Program-made: the position numbers and the translations under genes
Shown here: one piece after another, positions 16,530 to 25,890 of the stretch
Numbering within the stretch: position 1 is the stretch's first letter
Layout of the letters: every line of letters begins with the position of its first letter
Virus record (IMG/VR): IMGVR_UViG_3300038829_000102
Coordinates: 1 to 39,845 of that record
Strand: one strand, 5' to 3'
Origin: a virus
Lineage: Duplodnaviria > Caudoviricetes
Length of the DNA: 39,845 bases
Notes under the pieces: generated by a model
Told to the model about the DNA's origin: nothing
What the model saw: only the letters and a program-made list of their open reading frames with translations
Database searches by the model: none

Positions 16530-18974
16530 ATGGCCTCTCCAGGGTTCAAAATAATTGGCGCGCTGCTCAAAGGTAAAAAGAAAGCCGATGAGGAGGAGGA
16601 GGAAGATGACCTGAAGAAGGCTCAAGACGCTGCTATCTCGCTGGACGCAACCGACTCGACACCAAAGTGGAACGCAGGGGACCACGCGACGCTGCGCCTG
16701 GACGGCATCGGGGACGTGGTGGTCCCTCGCGGTGACATGAGTGATGAGGACTGGAACGGTTTCATCAATGACGCGAAGGCGAAGCAGAAGCTCCGCGGCG
16801 AGACCGTGGTGGAGACCGTCGAAGACAAAGCGAAGGCGGCCGAAACAGGGAAAAGCGGCTACGAGGCCCGCCCCAAGTCGGACTATATGGAGGTCTACGT
16901 AGGCAAGGGGCGCGGTGAGACGGCCGTGGTCCCTCGCGGCGACATGGACGAGACCACCTGGAACGCGCTGAAGAACCGCGCCAAGAAGATGGGTGTCTTC
17001 CGCGGCTCGAACGACACCATCAAGGAGAAGATCCAGAACGCCGAGTCAATCGTTTCGAACCCGGAACTGGAAAAGCGTGTTGGCCCCATGTCGGAGTCTA
17101 CCGGCATGGAGGACGGCATCGAGCCAACGCAGACGCCTCAGCAGATGGAGAACGAGGCGAAGGATCTGAACCAGCAGAAAAAGGACACCGAGGACCTGGA
17201 GGTCCAGCGGGCTGAGGGCGGTGCGCCAGGCATCAAGGGTTTCGTACAGCGCGGGCTCACTTCCGCCGCGCCACAGTCGCGCGGGACCGTGGAGATCGGT
17301 GACGCGGAGATTGGTTCGGAGCGCGCCCTCAACAAGGGCATGAGCCGGCAACTCGGAAAGGCGGCGACATCCCAGCAGGATCAGCGCGCGGTGGTCGAGA
17401 ACGCGCTCGCGCCCGTGCGCGCGGCCGGCGAGGCGGCGCTTGCGGGCACGCAAGGCGGCGCCTACGGAATCGGCCAGGGCGCGCGCGAGTTCCTCAGCAC
17501 GTCTCCGCTTACGCAAGGTGCGCGCTTCGGCATGGCGGCGGCGGGCATGGCCAAGGAAGGGCTCGGCGAGCTGGCGCAGGACGCCGGCACGTTCGCGGCC
17601 GGTCTCACCGGAGCGCCCCCGCCCAAGTCGGACGTGATGGTGCCGCCCCCGGCGCCGCAGAGCCCTGCTCGCGCACCGGATGCCACCGGTATGCCGGCGC
17701 AGGCACCGGTTCAGACTGGCGCGGCTCCCGGAATGGGGTCCATGTCGATGAAGGCCGGCATGCAGACTTCAGGAGCGCCAAACGTGCAGCTTCCGAAGGA
17801 CCGCACGGCCGAGATCGATGCAGCTTATTCGCAAGGTGCACGCGCGCAGATGGCGCAAGCGGACCTTCAGGCAAAAGGCCTGGAGCAGAAGCGCTCAATG
17901 TTCGAAGCTGGCCTAAATGAAGATGTTCGCCAGCAGGCGCGGCTTGGTGAGGTGACCGAGCGTAAGCGCGTGGCGCTCGAAAAGCCGATGCAGATTTACT
18001 CGCAGATGGTTACCGAACTTCAGCAGCCCACACAGAAGGTGGACCCACACCGCTGGTGGAACTCGCGCTCTACCGGTCAAAAAATAATGCTTGCACTCGG
18101 TGCTTTGCTGACGAAAGGTGGCAACATTCAGGCTGTACAACACGCCATCGATGCTGACATTGGTGCACAGCAAAGCGATATATCGAACGATTTGAACAGA
18201 AAGAAGACGCTGCTTGGTGCGTCTGAAAACATGATTCAGATGATTCGTGCAAACGGGGCTGATGAGGTTCAGTCCATTCAACTTTATCGTGCTCTTTCTT
18301 GGGACATGGTAGCGAAGCGGCTGGAGATGGTCGCCGCCAACACCGACAGTCAGACTGTGAAGCTGAAGGCCGAACAAAACATCGCTGAATCGAATGTGAA
18401 GCGAAACCAAGTTCTCAACGAAATGGAGCGATACACGGCCGATCTTGAAATACGCAAGATGAACGCTGAGCGTGAGTGGGCCGAATCCTCTTGGAGAAGC
18501 GGTGGTGGAGGACCTAAGACCGGCAAGGTTGAGAAAATCAAGGGCCCCCAACTTACGAAAATCGCCGCGCTCAAGTCGGCAATCGGGAAGCTTGATCAAC
18601 TCAGCCGCTCCTACGGCGGTATCAACAGCGGGGCCATGGGCGGCTTCCCGGAGGCCGGTGTTAACGCACTGACACGTAATCTCCCCAAGACCGGAGCCGC
18701 GCGGTTCGACTACGACGCGCAGTTCAACCTCTCTAACATCGGCACCGAGTTGAACAACGCGGGCGTCATCCAGCCGGGCGAGGTGGCGCGATTTGAGAAA
18801 ATGAACGTGAAATCCTCCGATCCGGACACCCCGTTCAAGCTCCGCTCGATGAGAGAGGATCTCCAGCGGCGTCTGAGTGACATGGTGAAGACGTTCGAGG
18901 CGGCCGGGTATGGGACGGAGGGCCAGCTTCCGCCCGAGGTCTCCACGTTCGAGCCGGACGAGGCGGCCGAGTAA
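16530..18974 (+). CDS. Internal virion (ejection) protein
   Basis: 814 aa, helical and Ala/Gly-rich, with an internal duplicated VVPRGDM module. Confidence 0.6.
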   Translation: MASPGFKIIGALLKGKKKADEEEEEDDLKKAQDAAISLDATDSTPKWNAGDHATLRLDGIGDVVVPRGDMSDEDWNGFINDAKAKQKLRGETVVETVEDKAKAAETGKSGYEARPKSDYMEVYVGKGRGETAVVPRGDMDETTWNALKNRAKKMGVFRGSNDTIKEKIQNAESIVSNPELEKRVGPMSESTGMEDGIEPTQTPQQMENEAKDLNQQKKDTEDLEVQRAEGGAPGIKGFVQRGLTSAAPQSRGTVEIGDAEIGSERALNKGMSRQLGKAATSQQDQRAVVENALAPVRAAGEAALAGTQGGAYGIGQGAREFLSTSPLTQGARFGMAAAGMAKEGLGELAQDAGTFAAGLTGAPPPKSDVMVPPPAPQSPARAPDATGMPAQAPVQTGAAPGMGSMSMKAGMQTSGAPNVQLPKDRTAEIDAAYSQGARAQMAQADLQAKGLEQKRSMFEAGLNEDVRQQARLGEVTERKRVALEKPMQIYSQMVTELQQPTQKVDPHRWWNSRSTGQKIMLALGALLTKGGNIQAVQHAIDADIGAQQSDISNDLNRKKTLLGASENMIQMIRANGADEVQSIQLYRALSWDMVAKRLEMVAANTDSQTVKLKAEQNIAESNVKRNQVLNEMERYTADLEIRKMNAEREWAESSWRSGGGGPKTGKVEKIKGPQLTKIAALKSAIGKLDQLSRSYGGINSGAMGGFPEAGVNALTRNLPKTGAARFDYDAQFNLSNIGTELNNAGVIQPGEVARFEKMNVKSSDPDTPFKLRSMREDLQRRLSDMVKTFEAAGYGTEGQLPPEVSTFEPDEAAE

Positions 18975-21328
18975 TGGCCAAGGTGCGCGTCATCGCCCCG
19001 GATGGCCGGGCAGGTTCGATCGAGGACTCCGAGCTGGAGGCCGCGAAGGCGGCGGGCTACACGGTCGAAACCGAGAAGGACGTGAAGCGGCGCGGCTTCG
19101 AGTCGCAGGGCCTCCGCACGGCCGCGGAAGGTGCGGCGCGCTCGGTGACGCTCGGGCTCTCGGATCCGTTCATGAAGGGCTACGGGGTGCCAGCCGAGGA
19201 CATCGCCGGCCGGCGCGAAGCGAACCCAGGTGCCGCGCTCGTGGGCGAGCTGGGAGGCGCTATGCTCCCCATCGGTGGCGGGCCTCTCGCGGCCAAGGCG
19301 GGCCTCGCAGTTGAGCGTGCGGTAGCCGGCGCGGCCCCGACCGCGTTCCGGACGCTCGGCGCCAAGGCGGCCGGAGGTGCGGCAGGGGGCGGGCTCTGGG
19401 GACTCGGTGCTGCCATCTCGGAAGATGCGCTCTCGGACGGTGACCGTCAGCTTGCAGGTGAGAAGCTCTTGGCGATCGGTGGCGGTGGTGTCGTGGGCGC
19501 CGGGCTCGGCGTGATCGAAGGCGCGCTCGGGATGGCCGGAAAGGCGGCCGTCAACAAGCTGGCCGGTCAGTCGCTGCGAGGTAAACTCTCCGAGTTCTCG
19601 GAAGAGGTGATGGTGCGGCAGATCGCCCAGCAGTCCGACTTCAAGAAGATGAACCTCTTCGACCGTCGCCGCGATGTTGGCCGGTACGCGATTGAGAAGG
19701 GTTGGGCGAAGGAGGCCGCGCTCGGTGGCGTGGAGGCACTCCACTCCGCTGCGGCGGCCGATAGCGAGCAGATCGGCCTCCAGATGAGTGGCGTCCTGCG
19801 GCAGGCGGACTCCCGCGTTCACGGCGTGGACACGGCGCGCATTCTTGTACGCGCTCAGAATGATGTGCTCCAGGCGATCGAGAAAGATCCGCTGATGAAG
19901 CCTTCTTACGCGGCCGTGAAGAACTACGTGGATGAGCTTCAGACGCGCCCCTACTCGTTCGAGGAACTGTGGAGTCTACAGAGCAACCTGCGCAAGAAGG
20001 TGGGGCCAACCGAGCCTACCGTGTTCAAGGAGTCGCTCTGGAAGCTCCGCAAGATCATCCGCGATGAATTGATTGATCAGGCCGAGTCGATCTCTCCGCA
20101 CTTCGGGGTTCAGCTCAAGAAGCTAAACAAGCACTATGGACTCTCGGAACAGATTGAGCAGCTTGCCGAGAAGCGCCTCATTCAGCAGGAAGGTAATCGC
20201 TACGTTGGTGCATCTGACTACCTCGCAGGAGGCGCCGCTGCGATTGCAGGCGCTACTACTGCTGGCCCGGCTGGCGTGCTCGTCGGAGGCGTCGCCGCGC
20301 TCGCCAACAAGTTAGCGCGGGAGCGCGGTGGATTCGCCATCGCCGAGATCGGAGACCGTCTTGCGAAGTCGAAAGTCATCGGAAACATGGCCTCCAGTTT
20401 CAAGAAACGTGTGGACACCATGCTTCGTGAATCACCGGAGCTGCTGGGTGCCTACCGCGTTCCACTTGAGCAGGCCGCCGCCCGAGGCGCGATGGATCTT
20501 CTCGGAACGCACATTCAGCTCATGCAGCACGATCCTGAGTACGCCGGTCACATCGGTGTGGTGGAGGAAGACCCTCAACTGACCGGCGAGTATCTCCAAA
20601 AGGGCGAGCAGATTAGCGCGGTCGGCGGCATCTTGACGGGCTTTGACGCGCAGGCTGATGGCGCCATGGATAGGTTCCTCGGCCGCGCCGCGGGTCGACC
20701 GGGCGCCCCGAAGCAGGCGAAGCGCTCCTTGGCAGACTTCAACAGCCGAATTACGTCGCTCACAGCGTTAGCGCAACAAGGCGGGGCACATCTTCCTAGT
20801 TTGGACGGTGTGGCGCCGGAGACTTCCATGATGCTTCAGATCGCGTCCTTGAACGGGGCAAACTTCCTGCTGGAGAAGGCGCCAAAGAACCCGTTCGCCG
20901 GCCAGATGGCGGCGCTCTCGAAGCCCTGGAGCCCCTCCGAGGCGTCGCTCTCGAAGTGGTATCGCTTCGTGGAGGCGATCGAGCGGCCCCAGCACGTGCT
21001 GGAGGAACTGGCAGGTGGATCCGTGATGCCGGAGCACGTGGAAGCCATGGCGGCCGTTTATCCGAAGCTGCTGGAGGATCTGCGCCAGCGGATGCTCTCG
21101 CGCATGTCGGAGCTGGAGGATACGCTTCCTTACTCAAAGCGTCTGGCGCTCTCTGGATTTCTCGGCACGGACATCCTGGGCCTGTCCTCGGAACAGTTGA
21201 TGCTCCTGCAAGGGTTGCATGGCGAGGCCCAATCGCCGAAGATGGGCGGGTCGCCTGACGGACGCCAAGACGTGAACCAAGAGAAAAACCTGGAAACCCA
21301 GGCCCAACGAATGGAGAAACGAGCATGA
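18974..21328 (+). CDS. Internal virion (ejection) protein
   Basis: 784 aa with Gly/Ala-rich hydrophobic segments (GAARSVTLGLSD..., AAGGAAGGGLWG) typical of channel-forming ejection proteins. Confidence 0.62.
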   Translation: MAKVRVIAPDGRAGSIEDSELEAAKAAGYTVETEKDVKRRGFESQGLRTAAEGAARSVTLGLSDPFMKGYGVPAEDIAGRREANPGAALVGELGGAMLPIGGGPLAAKAGLAVERAVAGAAPTAFRTLGAKAAGGAAGGGLWGLGAAISEDALSDGDRQLAGEKLLAIGGGGVVGAGLGVIEGALGMAGKAAVNKLAGQSLRGKLSEFSEEVMVRQIAQQSDFKKMNLFDRRRDVGRYAIEKGWAKEAALGGVEALHSAAAADSEQIGLQMSGVLRQADSRVHGVDTARILVRAQNDVLQAIEKDPLMKPSYAAVKNYVDELQTRPYSFEELWSLQSNLRKKVGPTEPTVFKESLWKLRKIIRDELIDQAESISPHFGVQLKKLNKHYGLSEQIEQLAEKRLIQQEGNRYVGASDYLAGGAAAIAGATTAGPAGVLVGGVAALANKLARERGGFAIAEIGDRLAKSKVIGNMASSFKKRVDTMLRESPELLGAYRVPLEQAAARGAMDLLGTHIQLMQHDPEYAGHIGVVEEDPQLTGEYLQKGEQISAVGGILTGFDAQADGAMDRFLGRAAGRPGAPKQAKRSLADFNSRITSLTALAQQGGAHLPSLDGVAPETSMMLQIASLNGANFLLEKAPKNPFAGQMAALSKPWSPSEASLSKWYRFVEAIERPQHVLEELAGGSVMPEHVEAMAAVYPKLLEDLRQRMLSRMSELEDTLPYSKRLALSGFLGTDILGLSSEQLMLLQGLHGEAQSPKMGGSPDGRQDVNQEKNLETQAQRMEKRA

Positions 21329-21834
21329 AGCCGATTTTGAAGTACCTGTTTACGGCGGTGGCGTTCTCCACCGGAATCGTTTGCGTGGCACTTGCCGACA
21401 CGACCAACGGAACGGTCGTAGGCTCGGATCTTCTCGTCAAGTCGAAGACGATCACGGTTGCGGACGCCGTGGCCACCCAGGTGGCTGCGCTTACCTCGAT
21501 CTCGGGCGTATCCATCGATCGCGGCGGCGGTGTGGCGGCGGTGGTCTGTGCCGAGTCAACTCGGACGATCACCAGCGGCACCATGCGCGCCTACGTGTTC
21601 ATGCCGGAGTTCGAGCCGAACCGCGATGCCGGCGCGGGCGTAAGTTACCTCTGGCTTCCGTACCCCCCGCTGGACTTCACGATCGGCGGAACTACACAGC
21701 GCTGTCATGCCAGCGGCGACAAACAGAGCTTCTCGGGAATCGGCCGTATCACTTGGCTCGCGGACACGGTGGTTGTCTCGGCCGGTACGACCGTCGTGCT
21801 GACTCACTCAGTTCGTAAAGGAATGCCTAAATGA
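21325..21834 (+). CDS. Signal-peptide-bearing beta-rich protein (putative exported/virion protein)
   Basis: MKPILKYLFTAVAFSTGIVCVALA|DTT: basic N-region, hydrophobic core, ALA cleavage site; 2 Cys in the mature part. Confidence 0.65.
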   Translation: MKPILKYLFTAVAFSTGIVCVALADTTNGTVVGSDLLVKSKTITVADAVATQVAALTSISGVSIDRGGGVAAVVCAESTRTITSGTMRAYVFMPEFEPNRDAGAGVSYLWLPYPPLDFTIGGTTQRCHASGDKQSFSGIGRITWLADTVVVSAGTTVVLTHSVRKGMPK

Positions 21835-22745
21835 AAAAGATCATTCTCTGGTGTTCGGCCGCTGTTTTGTCGCTGACGGTGGTCGCGGCGCCGCTCGTGA
21901 TGGCGCAACCAGTTCAGGGCGATAACGCAGGGACCGGCCCGGTGATCGGGACCGCCGGCACATTCGGTAGTACGGTGACCGCCGACAACTTCGTGGCCAC
22001 TGCCGCTACCGTCAACTACACGATGTCTAGCAACGGTAGGCTTTACTACCAGGGAGCTGGAAGCAACTACGTTAAAGGAAATGCCAGCGGCCATCTTGAA
22101 GGTACGGCCGGGTTCCAGTCCAGTATTGCGAGCGGGAGCGACGGTTTTGTCTTTACTAACGAAGGTGAGATTCAGTGGCCGGACACGAAGATTGCCGAGT
22201 CGGGCACCACAGTTGTTGTTACTGCGGCCTCCGGCATACAGACCACTGGCGACACCATTTCGATGACCAACACATCCAGCCAAAGCTTTTATTGCGCTGG
22301 GGCCACTGGGCTGTGTGAGTTTGTTAGCAACCTGGGTGACGCAACGACTTCGCCAACTGTCGGTGCCGTTCGCATCAAGGCAAACAACAATATCGCAGAT
22401 ACAGACTTGATTGCCGCATTCACGAACTCAGCGAACATCACCGTGGCCGGAGTCAACGAAGATGGCGCCGTGGATATCGGCTCGTTCACGGATGACTCCG
22501 CGACCACCGGAAACCGCACGGTCAACAAGCAGTGCGGCATCAACGCCTTCGCAGCCGCCGCGACCGCAATCACCATCACCAACTCCTACGTGACGGCGGC
22601 TACGGCTGTATTGTGTACGTTGAACACGAACGATGCGACCGCGACGCTTAAGAACTGCGCCACAGCGGCGGGTTCCTTCACCGCCACCATCACAGCCGGT
22701 GCCACCGGCACCACGAAGCTCGCGTGGTGTGTGGTCGGATTTTAA
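21831..22745 (+). CDS. Signal-peptide-bearing fibre-like protein
   Basis: MKKIILWCSAAVLSLTVVAAPLVMA|QPV. The C-terminus 'TTGNRTVNK..G..FAAAATAITITNSYVT...TNDATA...AGSFT' resembles a recurrent phage fibre C-terminal module (recognised from memory). Confidence 0.65.
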   Translation: MKKIILWCSAAVLSLTVVAAPLVMAQPVQGDNAGTGPVIGTAGTFGSTVTADNFVATAATVNYTMSSNGRLYYQGAGSNYVKGNASGHLEGTAGFQSSIASGSDGFVFTNEGEIQWPDTKIAESGTTVVVTAASGIQTTGDTISMTNTSSQSFYCAGATGLCEFVSNLGDATTSPTVGAVRIKANNNIADTDLIAAFTNSANITVAGVNEDGAVDIGSFTDDSATTGNRTVNKQCGINAFAAAATAITITNSYVTAATAVLCTLNTNDATATLKNCATAAGSFTATITAGATGTTKLAWCVVGF

Positions 22746-22763
22746 CCTGGAGGGCATAAAATC

Positions 22764-23045
22764 ATGAACAAGTTCATTGCCGTTGCAGTCCTGTTTGCCG
22801 CCTGGGCATACGCTCAGACGTGCATCGTTTCGGCGCCCCCGGCGCCCCCCAACCCGCGCGAGATGGTGGTCAAGTTCACCAATCCGGATGGAGGTTGCCG
22901 TCCCTGCGTCGCGGTCGCGGTCGTCAACAACGGAGCCCGCCCGAACGAGTACCCTCAGCACAATGCGAAGTGCGACAACGCCTGTGCCATCGCACGACAG
23001 GCCGCCGCAAACGATAACGGCTGGGATGACGGTGGCGTACCGTGA
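22764..23045 (+). CDS. Small secreted Cys-rich protein
   Basis: MNKFIAVAVLFAAWAYA|QTC; GGAGG RBS. Confidence 0.7.
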   Translation: MNKFIAVAVLFAAWAYAQTCIVSAPPAPPNPREMVVKFTNPDGGCRPCVAVAVVNNGARPNEYPQHNAKCDNACAIARQAAANDNGWDDGGVP

Positions 23046-23596
23046 AATACCTTGCGCCCATTCTGCTCCTTTCCTGTGGCACCATTAGGCCCACGCTCGA
23101 TGTCACGTGCGAGACGGCATGTGGTCTACGGTTTCTCGGAGACTTCCAAAGCTCGAAGGAGTACCCCGAGGGGTCCACGCTCTGGACTTGTGAGGCCCTT
23201 CAGGTGGTGGAGCAGGCCATGCTCACGCAGTTTCCCAAGGTAAACGATGCGCGATTTAAGAGCACCTGTGAGGTGCTCAGCACATGGACCCTGTCCATGC
23301 ACGAGAAGGCTTTCTGGAAAGAGCCCGGCTTCTCGCACACCATTGCCGGCTTGACCGACTGCCAGAGCCGCCACAGCGTCATATCGAACTCACCGAGCGA
23401 CCGCTCCACGCTTCCGCACGAGATTGCTCACGCTGTTCAGGACTGCACGCCGAACGATTGTGCTCACCCCGGTGATGATGACCACCATGCCTGTTGGGCC
23501 GAGAACGGTATCTACCGCGCCCTCAGCAACAGTAACCTGGATGCTTTCAGGCACATGCCTTCCGATCTGATAATTCGGAGAGACGGGGGCTCGTGA
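23042..23596 (+). CDS. Putative lipoprotein with zincin HExxH motif
   Basis: MKYLAPILLLS|C lipobox-like start; IAGLT...TLPHEIAHAV; 8 further Cys. Confidence 0.6.
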   Translation: MKYLAPILLLSCGTIRPTLDVTCETACGLRFLGDFQSSKEYPEGSTLWTCEALQVVEQAMLTQFPKVNDARFKSTCEVLSTWTLSMHEKAFWKEPGFSHTIAGLTDCQSRHSVISNSPSDRSTLPHEIAHAVQDCTPNDCAHPGDDDHHACWAENGIYRALSNSNLDAFRHMPSDLIIRRDGGS

Positions 23597-23937
23597 GCCT
23601 TGGAACGTTCAGACGGCTCCAAACCCGGAGCCTATACACGGTAGCCGCCACGCTTACCACGGTGGCCGTCTATGACACGACGGGGCATAGCGTCGTGAAC
23701 GTGGAGATTCAAAACCCGTCCGGCGTGGATACCATCAACGCACAGGTGGAGTGCGCCACCGACTCAGCGGGGCCGTGGGATGTAATGGAGTGGGATGGGC
23801 TACAAGCGATTCTTCCCGGAGAAACTAGAAACGAGTCGTTCTCGAAAATGGGGAAGACGTGGATTCGAGTCCGCGCCGTGAGCACCGGCAGCGCCATCCC
23901 TAGCGTTCCGGTATCCTTCCACATGGAAAGCGCATGA
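23593..23937 (+). CDS. Small beta-sandwich virion-type protein, no signal peptide
   Basis: GTGA/ATGA overlaps on both sides; QVE..DS.GPW...WIRVRA pattern. Confidence 0.6.
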   Translation: MSLGTFRRLQTRSLYTVAATLTTVAVYDTTGHSVVNVEIQNPSGVDTINAQVECATDSAGPWDVMEWDGLQAILPGETRNESFSKMGKTWIRVRAVSTGSAIPSVPVSFHMESA

Positions 23938-25223
23938 GTCTCGTCCCGCTACTTCTGTTGGCCCAGCTCGGCCCCACCACACCGTCCCTCTCACGAGAGG
24001 AGCCGGTGCAACTTTATGACGAGAGTGCGCGTCTCGGACACGTCTCACGCATCAACTGCTCCGGCGCAGGGATCACCTGTACGCGCAGCGGCAATACCGG
24101 GACGGTGACGGTTGCAGGCGGCAGTGGCGCACCTACTGACGCCACCTATTGGGTTGGCGCAGCACACGCCAGCCTCTCGGCTGAAATCAACCTGGGCGCG
24201 CTCGGCACGGGGCTGGTCATCAACACCACCGGCACGCCGAGCATCAAGGGATCCAACACCTGCACGAACCAGTTTCCTCGCTCCGACAACGCCAGCGGGA
24301 CATGGACGTGCGCGAGCGTGGCTGACGCGGACCTCGCCTCGAGCTACTCGGGCGTGGGCACGTGCACCAACCAGTTTGCCCGCGTACTCAACGACAACGC
24401 GGCCCCCACGTGCGCGAGCGTCGTCTCGGCGGACATGAACATCACGACGACGAGCTGCACCAACCAGTTCGTGACCGCCATCTCGGCGGGCGGTGTCGGC
24501 ACCTGCACCACCGACACGCTCGCAGGCGCGCAGCACGCCAATCAGGGCACCACGACCACCGTGCTCCACGGCAACGCGGCGGGGAACCCTTCGTGGGCCG
24601 CGGTGACGCTCAACACCGACACGACCGGCGTGCTCAACGTCACGAACGGCGGCACGGGTGCAGCTCCGGGCGCTGGCGACCAACTGCTCGTGAGCGACTC
24701 GACGGCTGCCGCAACGTGGCGGTCGGTGCCTGACTGCACGGACACGGGTGGGAACCACCTGAACTACACTGCCGCCAGCAACACCTTCTCGTGCGGCACC
24801 AGCGGCGGCGGGAGCGGCTACAACCTCATCGAGGAAGACGGGACGCCACTCACCGCCAGAACCACCATTGATTTCACGGGCGCCGGCGTCACCTGCTCGG
24901 ACGTTGCTGGCGAGACCCGGTGCAACGTTCCAGGCGGCTCCGGCAACATCGGCAGCTTCACGGTGACATTCGGCACAGACGCCATCAGCCGCTACGAGAG
25001 CGACGAGGCCACCGTCTCCGCCGCGTGGGTCGGCGCGTCGTCTGACATCGTGCTGGTGCCGAAGTGTCACGTGGTGGTCGGCAACAACACAGTCGAAAAC
25101 TGCTTCGTCTCGCGCCTTCAGTGTGCCGTCGTGAGCGTCAGCGCGGGCGTCTCGTTCAACGTCCGCTGCCACGCAGAAGCGACAGCCAGCGGCAGCTACA
25201 CCATCACGTACACAGGAGCATGA
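23934..25223 (+). CDS. Cys-rich tail fibre-like protein with a short hydrophobic N-terminus
   Basis: Three xCTNQF...TC repeats, 'GVLNVTNGGTG' and 'LHGNAAGNPSW' fibre-type motifs, 16 Cys; begins MSLVPLLLLAQ. Confidence 0.7.
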   Translation: MSLVPLLLLAQLGPTTPSLSREEPVQLYDESARLGHVSRINCSGAGITCTRSGNTGTVTVAGGSGAPTDATYWVGAAHASLSAEINLGALGTGLVINTTGTPSIKGSNTCTNQFPRSDNASGTWTCASVADADLASSYSGVGTCTNQFARVLNDNAAPTCASVVSADMNITTTSCTNQFVTAISAGGVGTCTTDTLAGAQHANQGTTTTVLHGNAAGNPSWAAVTLNTDTTGVLNVTNGGTGAAPGAGDQLLVSDSTAAATWRSVPDCTDTGGNHLNYTAASNTFSCGTSGGGSGYNLIEEDGTPLTARTTIDFTGAGVTCSDVAGETRCNVPGGSGNIGSFTVTFGTDAISRYESDEATVSAAWVGASSDIVLVPKCHVVVGNNTVENCFVSRLQCAVVSVSAGVSFNVRCHAEATASGSYTITYTGA

Positions 25224-25225
25224 TC

Positions 25226-25888
25226 ATGAGACTTATCGCATTACTTGCGTTGCTGCCGACCATAGCGCTCGCACAGGGCGTCACCATCAAGAGCGGTGCC
25301 AGCACCGACACCGCCACTATCGACACGAACAAGAATCTCCGCACCAACCTTGGCCCATCAACGAGACAGTCGTTCACGGCGACGAGCAGCGTGCTGGTCA
25401 CGACTGCCATCTACTCGCTGAGCCTCGAAGCGCCAGCTGCGAACGGCATCAAGATTTCGCAAATCTGCGTGGGCTACAGCATCGGGGCCACTGCGGCGGG
25501 CACTATCGTCACCACGACCATCAACCGGCGCACCACCGCAAGCTCCGCGGGTACGGCGTTGACCAACAACGGCACGGGTGCCGATGCTGTGACCGACCTG
25601 AACGGTGCTGCGACCGCATACGGCGGCATCGCTCGACGCACCGGTACGTTGGGCACCATCGGCGCCAGCATCGATGCCTGGAGCTTCAGACAGAGCGTGC
25701 TGGCTGCTACCACCAGCAATGACACTGGCCCACCTGCACACATCATGTGCAAGCAGTACGGCGTGGACGGAGCGCAGGCGCTCACGGTGCCCAGCGGCGT
25801 GACGAACGGCATCAGCGTGGTGGTGAGCGCTGGTGGCGCAGGCTCGGTCGCAGTCGGGTCGATTCAGATTACCTTTATCTCGGAGTGA
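25226..25888 (+). CDS. Signal-peptide-bearing Thr/Ala/Gly-rich beta protein
   Basis: AGGAG RBS; MRLIALLALLPTIALA|QGV (alternative ATG at 25220); 2 Cys. Confidence 0.7.
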   Translation: MRLIALLALLPTIALAQGVTIKSGASTDTATIDTNKNLRTNLGPSTRQSFTATSSVLVTTAIYSLSLEAPAANGIKISQICVGYSIGATAAGTIVTTTINRRTTASSAGTALTNNGTGADAVTDLNGAATAYGGIARRTGTLGTIGASIDAWSFRQSVLAATTSNDTGPPAHIMCKQYGVDGAQALTVPSGVTNGISVVVSAGGAGSVAVGSIQITFISE

Positions 25889-25890
25889 CA

